This document shows, piece by piece, positions 23,603 through 34,660 of a stretch of DNA of 64,000 nt; the first letter of the stretch is position 1; every line of letters begins with the position of its first letter. The translations under genes were made by a program, and so were the position numbers. The DNA is taken from assembly GCF_964194155.1 (NCBI RefSeq), contig NC_135891.1, positions 76,508,001 to 76,572,000 of the forward strand, in the 5' to 3' direction. The stretch is from Cetorhinus maximus (taxonomy: Eukaryota). The notes below the pieces were generated by a model that had not been told where the DNA came from, searched no databases, and worked only from the letters and a program-made list of their open reading frames with translations.

Positions 23603-25260
23603 TGTTTTGGCAAATTGACGTTGGTCAAGTTAATCATCTCTACATTCCACCTAGAAAATTGCAAGGCACACACTTTAAATGTCACCTTCTGTGCAGAAAA
23701 GTGTGGCATAACCCGACTCCCACCCTATCTTACAGTGACCCTTGACTTACCATCACCAACTCCAAAAGACTGACAAAAGGTCCAAGACATGAGCGAATAT
23801 CATCCGTAAGCTCGCTGGCACAAGCTGAAGTGCAAAAACCAGTGTCCTTTGTAATTCTGTCATAGCTCTGGTCTTCTTGACAGCTCAATACTGGGCACCC
23901 GCATGGGCCTCAAATCGTCACACCAAACTCATTGGCATACAACTTCACTCAGTAATGAGGATAATCTCTGGAACTCTGATATCGATTCCAGTTCAATGGT
24001 TACCAGTCCTCTCAAATATCGTCCCTCCCTTCATTCAATGGGACGCAGCACCAAGAAGGGAAATAACTTGGATCAACAGCAACCTCCCCATCCACAGAGA
24101 CCTTCAAGACCACACCCCCCCAACTCGCCACATGACTCAACCAAATCTCCTCTGAACACGAATCAAACATCTCCAACTTTGTAACACTGATGAAACCTGG
24201 AGGAAAGCTTGGGCAGAAAACACCTTCCCAAATGAACATATTGGCCAGGCATGTTTTGGGCAGGGGAGCACGTAAAATAGGGTGGGTACCCAGCCCACCA
24301 TCTTACCACCCACCCCCGAGCTCTCCCCCATAATACGGAGTGGGAAGGTGGGCAAGCACAAAAATCAGCAGCCTGCCCGCCATATTCTAATAAGCAATCA
24401 AGAGTCAGTTAGGATTGTCACCAAGCCAACTGACCCTGATAAAATACTGCCCATGTCATAAAACATTTGGCATGGGCAGTCAGGCGGGAGTGGGCAGCCC
24501 GATTTTTTAACAAAGCTCTTCAAAGGGTGGGAAGGAAAGGGATGTTTGTTCTTCAGGGTGGGGGGGGGGGGCCTTTCACCCTGCCCCGCCCCCTCCCTCA
24601 CTTGCCCAGTCCCTCCCTGCCCAAGACTCCGGACTTACCTGCTCCAGAGTTCCATGGGCTTTCTGCTTCTTATTTGTTGCAGTTCCAGCAGCAATCACTG
24701 ACGCCACCGAGACTGATGGAACTGTCAGCCAATCCGATTGGCTGACAGCTCCAGAGGGCGGGACCTCCTCCTCAGTGAGGGACAGAAATCTAGCCCCTCA
24801 TTTAGCCTGCCCACAGTGCTTTATGGCTGGTGTGGGACATGTCAGCTCCACACCAACTTTGCATCCAGTGGGGGAGGGGGGCGGTGAGCCATCCACACCG
24901 CACCCCCCTCCCCACCCCGTCCCGTATTATTCAGCCCATTGTCTCCGACCCAACATCTCAACAACCAGGCTTCAATCTCCCCTGGAGCATGTGGTCAACC
25001 CTCAATAGAATACAGATTCTAATGGCCAGTGTGTGGCCACCTGATGTACAAGTGGCACTTCAAGACCTAGCCTGGCTATGACTGCGGAAACCCTGACCAA
25101 ACCATGGAGCACATAACAACATCTTGCCCCTGACTCAAGTTGGAAGGCAACATCCTGGAGTTACACTTGCTCTCCAACAGGGCTTTGGATTGGTTAGGGA
25201 ACTTGACGTTAAAGGTGTGACAACTGCTTCTGCTCCTAAAGCCATACAAAAGAAGATGAG
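23603..25260 (+). mobile_element. Ingi/Vingi-like (I group) non-LTR retrotransposon, 5'-truncated
   Basis: IIRKLAGTS; TAQYWAPAW; MRIISGTL..WLPVLSNIVPP; PGFNLPWSMWSTLNRI; DCG..QTMEHITTSCP zinc knuckle; tail catacaaaagaaga; flanked by ttccagatt direct repeats. Confidence 0.7.
24243..24937. mobile_element. PIF/Harbinger-like MITE nested in the Vingi-like LINE
   Basis: 3-bp TSD ATT; right end attattcagccc; LINE sequence continues on both sides. Confidence 0.7.
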
Positions 25261-25861
25261 TTCCAGATTGAATTAATTAACTGAATTTAAATCCCCCAGC
25301 TACCGTGGTGAGATTTGAACTCACGTTTCTGGAGCATTTAGTCCAGGCCTTTGGATTATTAGACCAGCAACAATCACTATGCCACAGTATCTATATATGA
25401 TATATGGTGAAAATCCAGTATTATATATAAATGCTAATAAATAGCTGTTGTCCATCTACACCTTACTACATTTCACTCAGAGTGGTGAAAATGGTGAACT
25501 TGCTACCATTAGAGTCGTTGAAGTCACTAGCATTAATGTATTTAAGATGAAGCTGGATAAGCACAAGGGGCAGAAAGGATGGCAGCAGCTAGTTTTTTTT
25601 TTGGCTGATGCAGATACGATGGGCTGAATTGCCTCTTTATGTGCTGTAACTTTTCTATGGTTCTATGATGTTAGTAGGGTGAGATGAAGCAAATCGAGTG
25701 GAGCATAAACACTGCCATTGAATGGCCTTGTTCCTGTGCTTTATATTCAATGTAATATTTCTAATTAGCAGTTGTTCTAATGTCACTGAAAGCATTTGGA
25801 TAGCTCCTTTTCACAGGAGTGAACAGCTGAGATTTACTCAAACTATTCCTTTCATTCACAG

Positions 25862-26406
25862 ATGGACAGTCACCAACTCTGGATCCTCACACAGCATTTC
25901 CTCACCTTGTTCTGGCTGACAGTAACCGGTCTGTATCAGGATCAAAACGTCAGCAACCTTACCCTGATAGCCCAAAGAGGTTCAACTACTGGTGGCAGAT
26001 TCTGTGCACTGAGAGATTGAGCTATGGCCGCTGCTATTGGGAAGTGGAGGTTGGAGGAGATCGCCGTCGGTGGGATGTTGGGATGTGTTATGAGAGCCTG
26101 ACCCGGAAAGGCAAGGGTAAAGAGTGTTCACTAGGACAGAACAAGGAGTCGTGGTGTCTGTACTCAGAGCCAGGGAGCCTTGCAGCCTTGCATGATAACA
26201 ATGCTACTAAACTAACGGTTCAGATGCCCACCAGAGTGGGAGTCTACGTGGACTTTGACACCGGAATAATCTCATTTTACAGTGTGTCTGACAAGAAACT
26301 AACCCTGTTACACAACTTCCAGGAGCAAACATTCACTAAGCCCCTCTACCCAGCTCTGGGAGTGGCTGATTTCACAACATCCCTGGCATTGTGCAGTCTA
26401 AAGTGA
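25862..26406 (+). CDS. TRIM exon 6: PRY-SPRY (B30.2) domain and stop
   Basis: ttcacag|AT GGA CAG; YGQSPTLDPHTAFPHLVL..YPDSPKRF; GRCYWEVEV; RVGVYVDFDTGIISFYSV; FTKPLYPAL; TGA at 26404-26406. Confidence 0.95.
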
Positions 26407-26734
26407 TGCAGTCTAAAGTGATGATCAGCCAGTGCTGATCATACTCCATGTACAAAGAGGAAATGACCTGACCAAAAAAAATTGCAAGATTGTCTATTCT
26501 TTAATGGCATATTTCCTCCAGTACCAAAGGTTGCAATGGTGCTTCATGATCATGTCATTGGCGCTAAGCGATATTTCCACAGTGCTGGTTCCTCAGATGC
26601 CTGGCATTGGTTCTTCTGGTTTCATATACTCTTTGCTCTGGTACGGCTTGATAATTCTCCAGTCAGCTGTCATGCATGGCAGCAATGGAACCATCAGCCA
26701 ACCCAAGAGGAACCACTGAATGGCATCAATTTTG

Positions 26735-27280
26735 GCCATGCCTCAGTGGTAGCACTCTAGCCTCTGTGTCAAAAGGTTGAGGGTTCAAGTCCCACTCCAA
26801 AATCTTGATCACAAAATCCAGTTTGTCACTCCAGTGCAGTAATGAAGAAAGTGCTGTCCTTCATATGAGCTGTCAAACTGAAACTCTGTCTGCCCTCTTG
26901 ACTGGGTGTAATAGATCCCATGGTACTATTTGAAGGAGAGCAGGAGCATTCTCCCTGCTGTCCTGGCCAATATTTATCCCTCAACAAACACTAACCCTGT
27001 TAACTTCCAGGAGCAAACACTCACTGAGCCCCTCTATCTAGCTCTGGGAGTGGCTGATTTCACTACATCCCTGGCATTGTGCAGTCCAAAGTGATGCATC
27101 ATCAGTGCTGATAATACTCCATCTACTGATCATCTAGTTATCACATTGCTGTTGTGAGTTTGCTGTGTGCAAATTAGTTTCCTACACCATCGATCACACT
27201 GCAAAAAAGGCTTCATTGGCTGTAAAGGTTTTGGGACATCCTGAGTTTGTGAAAGGTGCTAAAAAATGCAAGTCTTTTTT
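26735..27280 (+). mobile_element. DeuSINE-type (SacSINE1-like) SINE interrupted by a copy of TRIM sequence
   Basis: tRNA-like head ctcagtggtagcactc..gggttcaagtccc; central gatcccatggtactatttgaag..gtcctggccaatatttatccctcaa; L2-like tail. Confidence 0.85.
26990..27126 (+). repeat. Diverged duplicate of the TRIM C-terminal coding end (source 26298-26453)
   Basis: ctaaccctgtt..aacttccaggagcaaac..gctctgggagtggctgatttcac.acatccctggcattgtgcagtc.aaagtgatg..atactccat aligns by eye. Confidence 0.93.
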
Positions 27281-28454
27281 CAGTGCTGGGCAATGCATTC
27301 CTTTCATTTGCACCTTAACTCAAGGGCTTTTTCTCTGCCCCTCCTGTCCCAAGAAGTGTTTTAAAAATTCTGCTGCAGAAGCAACTGCCAGTCACCAAGT
27401 CTAGCTAAAATTACACCTTGGAGACTTGGCTGGGGTTGGTGAGGTACTCAACAGTCATCCAGCAGTGTTTAGGGTGATGTTCAGTCTTTTTCAAATTTCT
27501 ACCATCTATCTACTGAAGGCAGTCATTCACACGCTGGAACTAAGTCCCCCTGCCTGAGCCAGAAACACAGACAAGTCTATCCTGTCTTCACCCAGCCAAC
27601 CAGCATGTGCCAATTGGTCACTGGATAACATTTAGTTGGAGAATCCTAACTAATTGTTTCCCCTTCTTAGCTTAGACTCACTAAGGCTAGATTTAGTGGC
27701 CTATTGCTGCCCTGGAACAGATCAACTGGTCCACACTGCTGCATTGAGAGGTAAAGCTTTTGACTTGACTATTACTTACCTCACACCTATGATGTACAGA
27801 GTATGTTTCGATTAAAAAAAAAATGATCACAATGTTTAAGAATGTGATGTGCACAGGTGGAGAGAGAGTTTGATGATTAGTTTACATAATGTATAATCTT
27901 AATATCTAAACTGATGCTGGAGATACCTGCAGCATTGAGGTTTATTTTATATCAACCTCACTGTTAGTTTAGTTTACTGTCTAGCACAACAGCTGTGGTC
28001 TTCATGCATTTCATGCAAATCTAGTCATAGGTTAAATACCTTCGTTGTATCCTGCACCCTATCTCATTCAGTCATCACCTTTTTCCTTGCTGATTGGCTC
28101 CCAGTCCCCGGACACATCCCACTGTCGTGTTTAAGTCTCTCCATGGTGTTGTGTTTCTCTATCTTGTAACCTCCTCCATTTATGGCCTCTCTGTTCCTCA
28201 TACTCCAACCTGTGCTAGGATTGTAGGAATTGAACATTGATCCCCTGGACACTGTTGTGAGCAACCTGGCAGAAACATCATAAGGGCTTTAAAAAACATA
28301 CCTTTTCATTTTCTTTCAACACTTTTATTTATTAGTTATAAAAATATTCAACGTGGAATTAAAAAGTTGTTTGAGTGGGGTGTTTGGAGGCGGGAGGTCA
28401 TGTGATGAAACCTTCGGAAATCTCCCCTTGAATGTGACAGGAGCTAGGGGTGTG

Positions 28455-28770
28455 AAATATAAGAAATAGGAACAGGAGTAGACCATGCGGCCCATTGAGT
28501 CTGCTCCTTCATTCTGTATGATAATGGCTGATCTTCGCTCTCAACTCCACTTTCTCGCATGCACCCCATATCCCTTGATTGCATGGTAGCCACAACCCTC
28601 TGGTGTAGAGCGTTCCAAAGATTCGCAACCCATTGAGTCCAGGAATTCCTCCTCATCTCAGTCTTAAATGATCATCCCCTTATCCTGAGACTGTGCCCCC
28701 ATGTTCTAGAATCCCCAGCCAGAGGAAATAACCTAAATGTCTGCCCTGTCAAGCCCCTTCAGAATCATGC
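28455..28770 (-). mobile_element. CR1 LINE 3' end
   Basis: MRRNSWTQWVANLWNAL; CR1 3' UTR. Confidence 0.8.
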
Positions 28771-28791
28771 AGAAATGTTTGGATTATTTTA

Positions 28792-29469
28792 GGCCAGAAT
28801 CTTCGGGTCGGTGAGTCAGGGTGGGGCCTGCTCGCCGACTCATAAAATGACACGCAGTGACGTCGGGCGGGCATCCCAACGTCACCGCGCTTCATTCAGA
28901 TCTTGAGTTTGGTGGGCGTGCACCGGAGTTGGCTGCGCACCTGCCGAACTGTCAAAGGCCTATTAAGGCCATTTAAATAGTAATTAAACTAATTAATTGA
29001 GCTGCCCGTCCAACCTTAAGGTTGTCAGGCAGGCGGAGAGCCCAGGCGGCCTTCACATTTATCATGAAACCTCATCCACAGACGAGATGTGGTTTCATGA
29101 AGGTTTTTAAAGTTTAATAAAAATTTTTACTAAAATTCATTGACATGTCCCAGCTCATGTGAGCTGTTACATGAGGGGACATGTCTTAAAATTTTCTTTT
29201 TCTTTTATTAAAATTTTCAAAGATCAAAATAATCTCCGAGGCAGCTCTATGCCTCAGGGAGATTTCTGAGCACAGGCCCCGACTCAGCCTACTCCACCAA
29301 CCCGCACAGGGAGCGCACAGCCCTTCTGGGTGCGCGTCACACTCTGTGGGCCTTAATTGGCCTGCCCATGTAAAATGGCGGCGCGCAGCCAATCACGAGC
29401 GGCGATTGGCTATGCGCTCACCCACGCCTGCTCCCGTCCAACCCCCCCAACGGGAAGAAAATTCTCCCC
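28792..29469. mobile_element. PIF/Harbinger-like MITE
   Basis: TIR ggccagaatctt / aaaattctcccc; TSD TTA; colinear with 9714-10358. Confidence 0.85.
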
Positions 29470-30137
29470 TTAAAGATAATCCATGTGAGAAAGGCACTTT
29501 TATACAGTAAAGCAGTCTGAAAATTTACAATGTAACCTACTTTTAAAAGTTAATGTGGAGCAAATCTTTACTGAAAACAATACAACTACATCAAGTTAAG
29601 AGTTAAAATTTTCAAAGTTAATTTTCTCTATTTTATGTTTAAATGTAAATATTTACTTTAATAATGAACAAAGAACCTGATGAACGAGAGTGGCACATTA
29701 TGACAGATGATTCCAGAAACTAAGAACAAAGAAGAGAAGTACTAGGACAATACAACCATATAATGTCAAGTTTGGATGATTTATTTCCTTTGAAATTAAA
29801 CGGTAATAGCTGTCCTACATAGGGCTGTAAATAAATGCTTACTAAAATATGGATGCAAGATGCATTTTTCCCAAAATATTTCTAATCCTCTTTGTGTTCT
29901 TCAGTTCAGTGAAAATGGAGTTGCTTTATTCTCAGCAATAGTACAAAAAAGTTTGAAAATACTCAATAGACTATAAGTTATACTTTTACAGTCTCTCACA
30001 CACAATATACACTTGCCGTGGAAACTCTTGTACAGTACTCAGCTGAAATAGTTTCTCAAAGTTAGATTGATTAAGAGACTATAGGAACAATCTCAGAAAG
30101 AATCTAGAGAGGTGTAAGGTCAGTTGGGGAAGAAAGT

Positions 30138-30332
30138 CCCGAGAGCGGCCAGATGGGGGGGGGAAAGAGAGCCCCGAGAACGGCCAGACGGAATGGGGGG
30201 GGGGGGGGAGCCCCGAGAACGGCCAGACCCCGGTGGGGGGGGGAGCCCCGAGAACGGCCAGATGGGAGGGGGGAAGAGAGCCTTGAGAGCAGCCAGACGG
30301 CGGGGGGAGAGACCCTTGAGAGCAGCCAGATA
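30138..30332. repeat. G-rich minisatellite, 6 units of about 33-39 bp
   Basis: Unit cc(c/t)(c/t)gaga(a/g)c(g/a)gccaga + G-run + gag. Confidence 0.92.
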
Positions 30333-31814
30333 GGAAAAGCCAAAAATAAGACAAACAGCTTAGGGGAGGTTCAAATGTTAAAATGCCTGAATTTTTTATG
30401 TATTCTTCCATGTAACAAATCAAAATGTATACAGCTCGTTCTTCTCATATATTTTTGCATGTCTTTGGTTGAAGCCATTATACATTTAGTGAATACAAAA
30501 TGATAAAAGTAACTAATTTATCGAGCTGTTAACATGCATAAATCAATAAAAACAAAGGCAAGAAAAAGTTATGGGAGCAGGAGAATGAGATACACTACAA
30601 CATAGAGGGCAGACCCACAGAATTGTATCAGGACGGTAAAATGACTTGGGGAGTGGGGGGGGACAGGTGCTGCAGAATGACTTCACGCAACACAGTAGAG
30701 ATGCAGAGTGACTAGACACAGAATGTCATTCTATGCTTGCAAACATTGTAATGTACAGGTAAGTGTCACTGAACTGGGAGATTATTTCTGAGCTATTGTT
30801 TCACTGAATGGTTAAATTCCACCAACTCAATGTAGCACCCAGGTATGTTATGCTCCCAGAGCAGTTATTGGTTATGTTCCTAGTGCCTATTTGCAAAATC
30901 TAAAAGTGACCCATGGTACATCACTAGACATCCTTTCCCTCACACCTCCCAATTTCACTATAAACGCAGGACTATACAGGAAAAGTGAAAGCCTATTTCA
31001 TACACCAGACCAGTCCCAAAGAAACAGTACCATATGTAACTGAACACTTGGAGAGCCATCAAAGATTTATAGCCTTGTCTTTTCTTCCCAATTTTCACAG
31101 AATTCTACAGCACAGAAACTGGCTATTTGCCTAACAGGTCTACACCTGTGTTTAAGCCGCCCCCCCAACCCCTAACCTCTCCATATCACCTCATGAGCCT
31201 ATCAGCATAACCTTTTATCCCTTTCTCTCTCATTCTCCCCTTAATTGCATCTATAATCATCTTTCACTCATCCCCTGAAAGCAGTGACTCTTTGCTAGGT
31301 ACAGTTCTGCAGGTAGCAGATGCTTTAGTAGTTTGCCCAAGTTATTCATGTCCCAGCCTTGACATTAAGTGTCAGCGGGTCATGTAACTGCATGGCTCAT
31401 CATAGCTGAGTCAATCTTACTCTCATCTGACACCAACATGGGCATTCCCAGTTGGGGTGAGTTAGCGATCAGAATTGGGAACTAATTTATCCCTCTCTTA
31501 CCCAGGGCCAAATCACCATCGCAACTGAGGTAAGCACAGGACAGTATTTAAACTTGGGATCATTCAGTGACTAACACAGCAATATTTATACATACAAATT
31601 TGTACAAATAATGGATTAAACATCATGTCAATATCTTCACACAAATCCATGTCACACAACATTACCTGCAATGTTTTCAACTTGATCTTGTGGTTTAACA
31701 TGGTAGCTGGTTTACCATAGGAAACTTTCAGAGGAATGAATGTAGTAAAAACAGAAAATGCTGGGAATACTCAGCAGGTCTGGCAGCATCAGTGGGGAGA
31801 GAAACAGAGTTAAT

Positions 31815-32461
31815 GGGCTGATTTTTGGACTGCACCTGGGTGGGGGAGGGTGAGGGTAGGAAAGGGCTGGTAAAAATCATGGGGAACTGCGTCAGGATGG
31901 CTTACTGTCACTGTCCTGCCGCTCGCAAAGTTTCCCAGCAGTGGGCTGTGAGGCGGATTAGCTGCCTTCTCCACAGAGGTGAGCAGCTGACTTGTATAAT
32001 TAAGAGCCCGCCAACATTTTGCTGATAGAGAGGCGGACCCCCCTGGCACTTATGGAGGTCGCCAGTTTCATGGAAATGGCCTCTCTGTGGCAGTCCAGGG
32101 GTTGCCATCAGAGCTGGATGCATCCTTTCCCAAAAAGGGGGCTCCAGGCTGAGAAGGCAGCCTCTGTGGCCCAATGATCCAACCAGAGGGGTTTACCCTG
32201 CGATTGATATGGCCTGTCTGAGGGTGCCTCTATTTTAGGTCTCTGACCTGCCTCAGCAACACCCACCTCTCCTGAGGCTTCAGAGCTGCTGGTCTCTGAT
32301 CGGGCCAGCAATACCAGGAACAAGCCCACTGTCCTTCGTTGGATGGCAGGTCCTCAGGCAGCTGGTTAGGAGGTCACCTGCGGTAAAATTGCTGAGCTAG
32401 GCTTGGGATCTGCTTTTCACACTGACGTCAGGGTCCTTAAGCCTACCATAAAATTCAGCCC
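31815..32461. mobile_element. PIF/Harbinger-like MITE
   Basis: TIR gggctgattttt / aaaattcagccc; TSD AAT. Confidence 0.82.
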
Positions 32462-32774
32462 AATGTCTCCGCTTGATAACCTTCCAAAAGAAAAGGAAAA
32501 CTTTAAATCAAAACATTGCTTCCATTATTTTGTCTGTGTTTGTTTCTGGATTGTAGCTGTTGGTATTGATTCTGCATTTTCCCCATTTATACCTTCTTAA
32601 GACACATCTTTTGTTTACTTGTCCCATTACCACCTGCCGTTGACCTTGCATGATGATTACTTCTGTCTTAATCTCTCCTGCCTTCCAACCCATCACAGAC
32701 CTTCGCTTGTTCTTTTTCTCCCCCTCTCCCTGCCTCTGTAATTACGTTAAACTGTTACATCTCTAATATTTCCC

Positions 32775-32811
32775 AGTTCTGGTGAAAGGTCATCGACCTG
32801 CAACGTTAACT
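32775..32811 (+). ncRNA. Minimal type I hammerhead-ribozyme-like motif (core mutated, probably inactive)
   Basis: agtt-CTGgTGAa-aggtc-atc-gacct-GcAAC-GTT-aact: stems I and II pair; the core differs from CUGANGA/GAAA at two positions. Confidence 0.55.
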
Positions 32812-32996
32812 CTGTTTCGCTCTCCACAGATGCTGCCAGATCTGCTGAGTATTTCCAGCATTTTCTATTCTTATTTCAAATTTCTAGCATCTGCAGTATT
32901 TTGCTTTTGAACTAACTTGTGGCTTTGGGCGATTTTCACAGGCCCAGCAATATCCAAGCGCAAACATATATTCTGCTGAATCTATATTGAAAATCC

Positions 32997-33978
32997 TGTT
33001 ACAATTGTGAGGTTTATAAAATTGTTATGTTTTGGGACTGTGTCTTTAATCTGAGGTAAAAAGGGGGTCATGTGGCCTGTTCTGAAGTCTGTTGAACACC
33101 AAGCCTGGTTGGTTTGAAAGGGAGCCCACATTGTTTCATTGGGAAGAGGTTGTAAACACCTTGCACATGGAAACAATGGCAGCAGCCTGTGTGCTAACAG
33201 TGGATAGACTTTGGGAGTTTCCAAAGTCCCAGAAAAGTGTTGAGAATGTTGGATTGTAAATAGTTGTGCTTAAACTGTCCATTTAGTTCCATGATGAAAG
33301 AGAGTTGGTTCTCAAGGATAGTTAATCTGTATTCTTACCTGGCTATAAGGCCCATGTGATTCACACTGCCATGGAAATGGGCTTTGAGAAGGGGGGGTTT
33401 CTAAGATATAGTTGGAAACTCAGGCACAATTAGTCTGCCAGGGTCAGAGAGACAGAGCGAGAGAGCAACTAGAGGGCCAAAATTCTCTAAACTTCACTGC
33501 ACTGGAATGCGGGTGGAAGCTCGTGCTCGGATTTAAAAAATCAAGTTAATGAAAAGTTAAAACAAAGCTGCAATATTTGCCTAGATTGCGCTAGAGGGAG
33601 GATCTCCAGTAACACTCGCATTGTAAAAGACAGTTCTGGGGTTAGAAGTTACCAGGCTGAGAAAAGAAAAGTAAAGGAAAACAGAAGTTAAATCCTGGGG
33701 AGCTAAGAATCATTTTGGACTGCTTCCAGGAAAATTGAATATCTGCTTAAAGGACAGTGTAAAGTTTACCTGTGAAGTGTATCTTCTCGGTTGCATTAGA
33801 AGTTCTGTGCTGTAGTAAAGTTTAAGTTGCCTACAAAGATATTGTTTAGTCAATAGCGCTTTTAGTCTGTTTGTTACAGTAGACGTCTTAAAACATGAAA
33901 TCTTGTGTTATCCGTTCAGCCATTAACTGGAAGTTTGAATTTCTTTTTAAAAGTTATCAGTCTATGGGGATTGTAACA
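32997..33978. mobile_element. Solo LTR-like element, copy 1
   Basis: Ends TGTTACAA..TTGTAACA; flanks aatcc/agtcc; colinear homologue at 49663-50700. Confidence 0.75.
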
Positions 33979-34189
33979 AGTCCTAGGACCCAACACTTTT
34001 TAGTATTTACCCTTACCCAAGGTGTAACATAGAATACAGCCATTGGCCTGGTCTGGAGAAGAATTTCAAACCAGTAAATTTTGTTCAGAAATACTTAGCT
34101 TTGTAGAGCTCCAGTGATGTTGTTGTTAACTACACAGACTAGAGAGTTTAATTGACAAATAGGAATTGAATGTGGAATTCCAACTGCAA

Positions 34190-34595
34190 GCTTGGCTCAA
34201 TAAGTAGTACTCTCACCCAAGACAGAAGACTGTGGTTTGAAGCCTCACTCCAAGTACTTGAGCACATTACCCACACTGACACAAATGTAATACTGAAGGA
34301 ACACTGTACTGTCAGAGGTAAAACTTTTAGACAGGATTGCAAACCGAGCACCCATTTGCCTGTTGGGGTAGGATGCATATGAGCCCTAAGCACTAATTGA
34401 AGAGCTGGGTATTCCAGGCAAAGGTCATCTGTCAACCAGCATCACCAAAAAAGATAAAGTGGTTAATTATGTAACTTGCTGAGTGCAGAGCCTTGTGCAC
34501 AAATTGGCTACCACATTCACAAAGATAACTATAGTTTAAAAGGAATTAATTGGCTGTGAAGCATTTCAAGACATCCAATATAAATATGAATTGTT
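34190..34595 (+). mobile_element. DeuSINE-type SINE, decayed
   Basis: ttggctcaataagtagtactctcacc head; attggctgtgaagcattt..atataaat tail. Confidence 0.6.
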
Positions 34596-34660
34596 CTAAC
34601 TGACCAACTGACTGTGTTACAATATGAAACATTTTCAGAGGGAAGCTCTGTTAGAGAGAG

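Larger units (their letters stand above)
31747..32905. mobile_element. Short Penelope-type element with inverted termini, interrupted by a MITE
   Basis: aaaacagaaaatgctgggaatactcagcaggtctggcagcatc..gagagaaacagagttaa at the left; its reverse complement at about 32805-32870. Confidence 0.75.

Noticed and set aside
23344-23709. ORF with three NLESKATISNGDDDYHK repeats; also considered as a CRISPR-like array
   Set aside because: It is the translation of a 51-bp tandem duplication within a SINE; no spacers, no cas genes, eukaryotic context
30079-30503. Several Pro/Gly/Arg-rich ORFs
   Set aside because: By-products of the G-rich minisatellite
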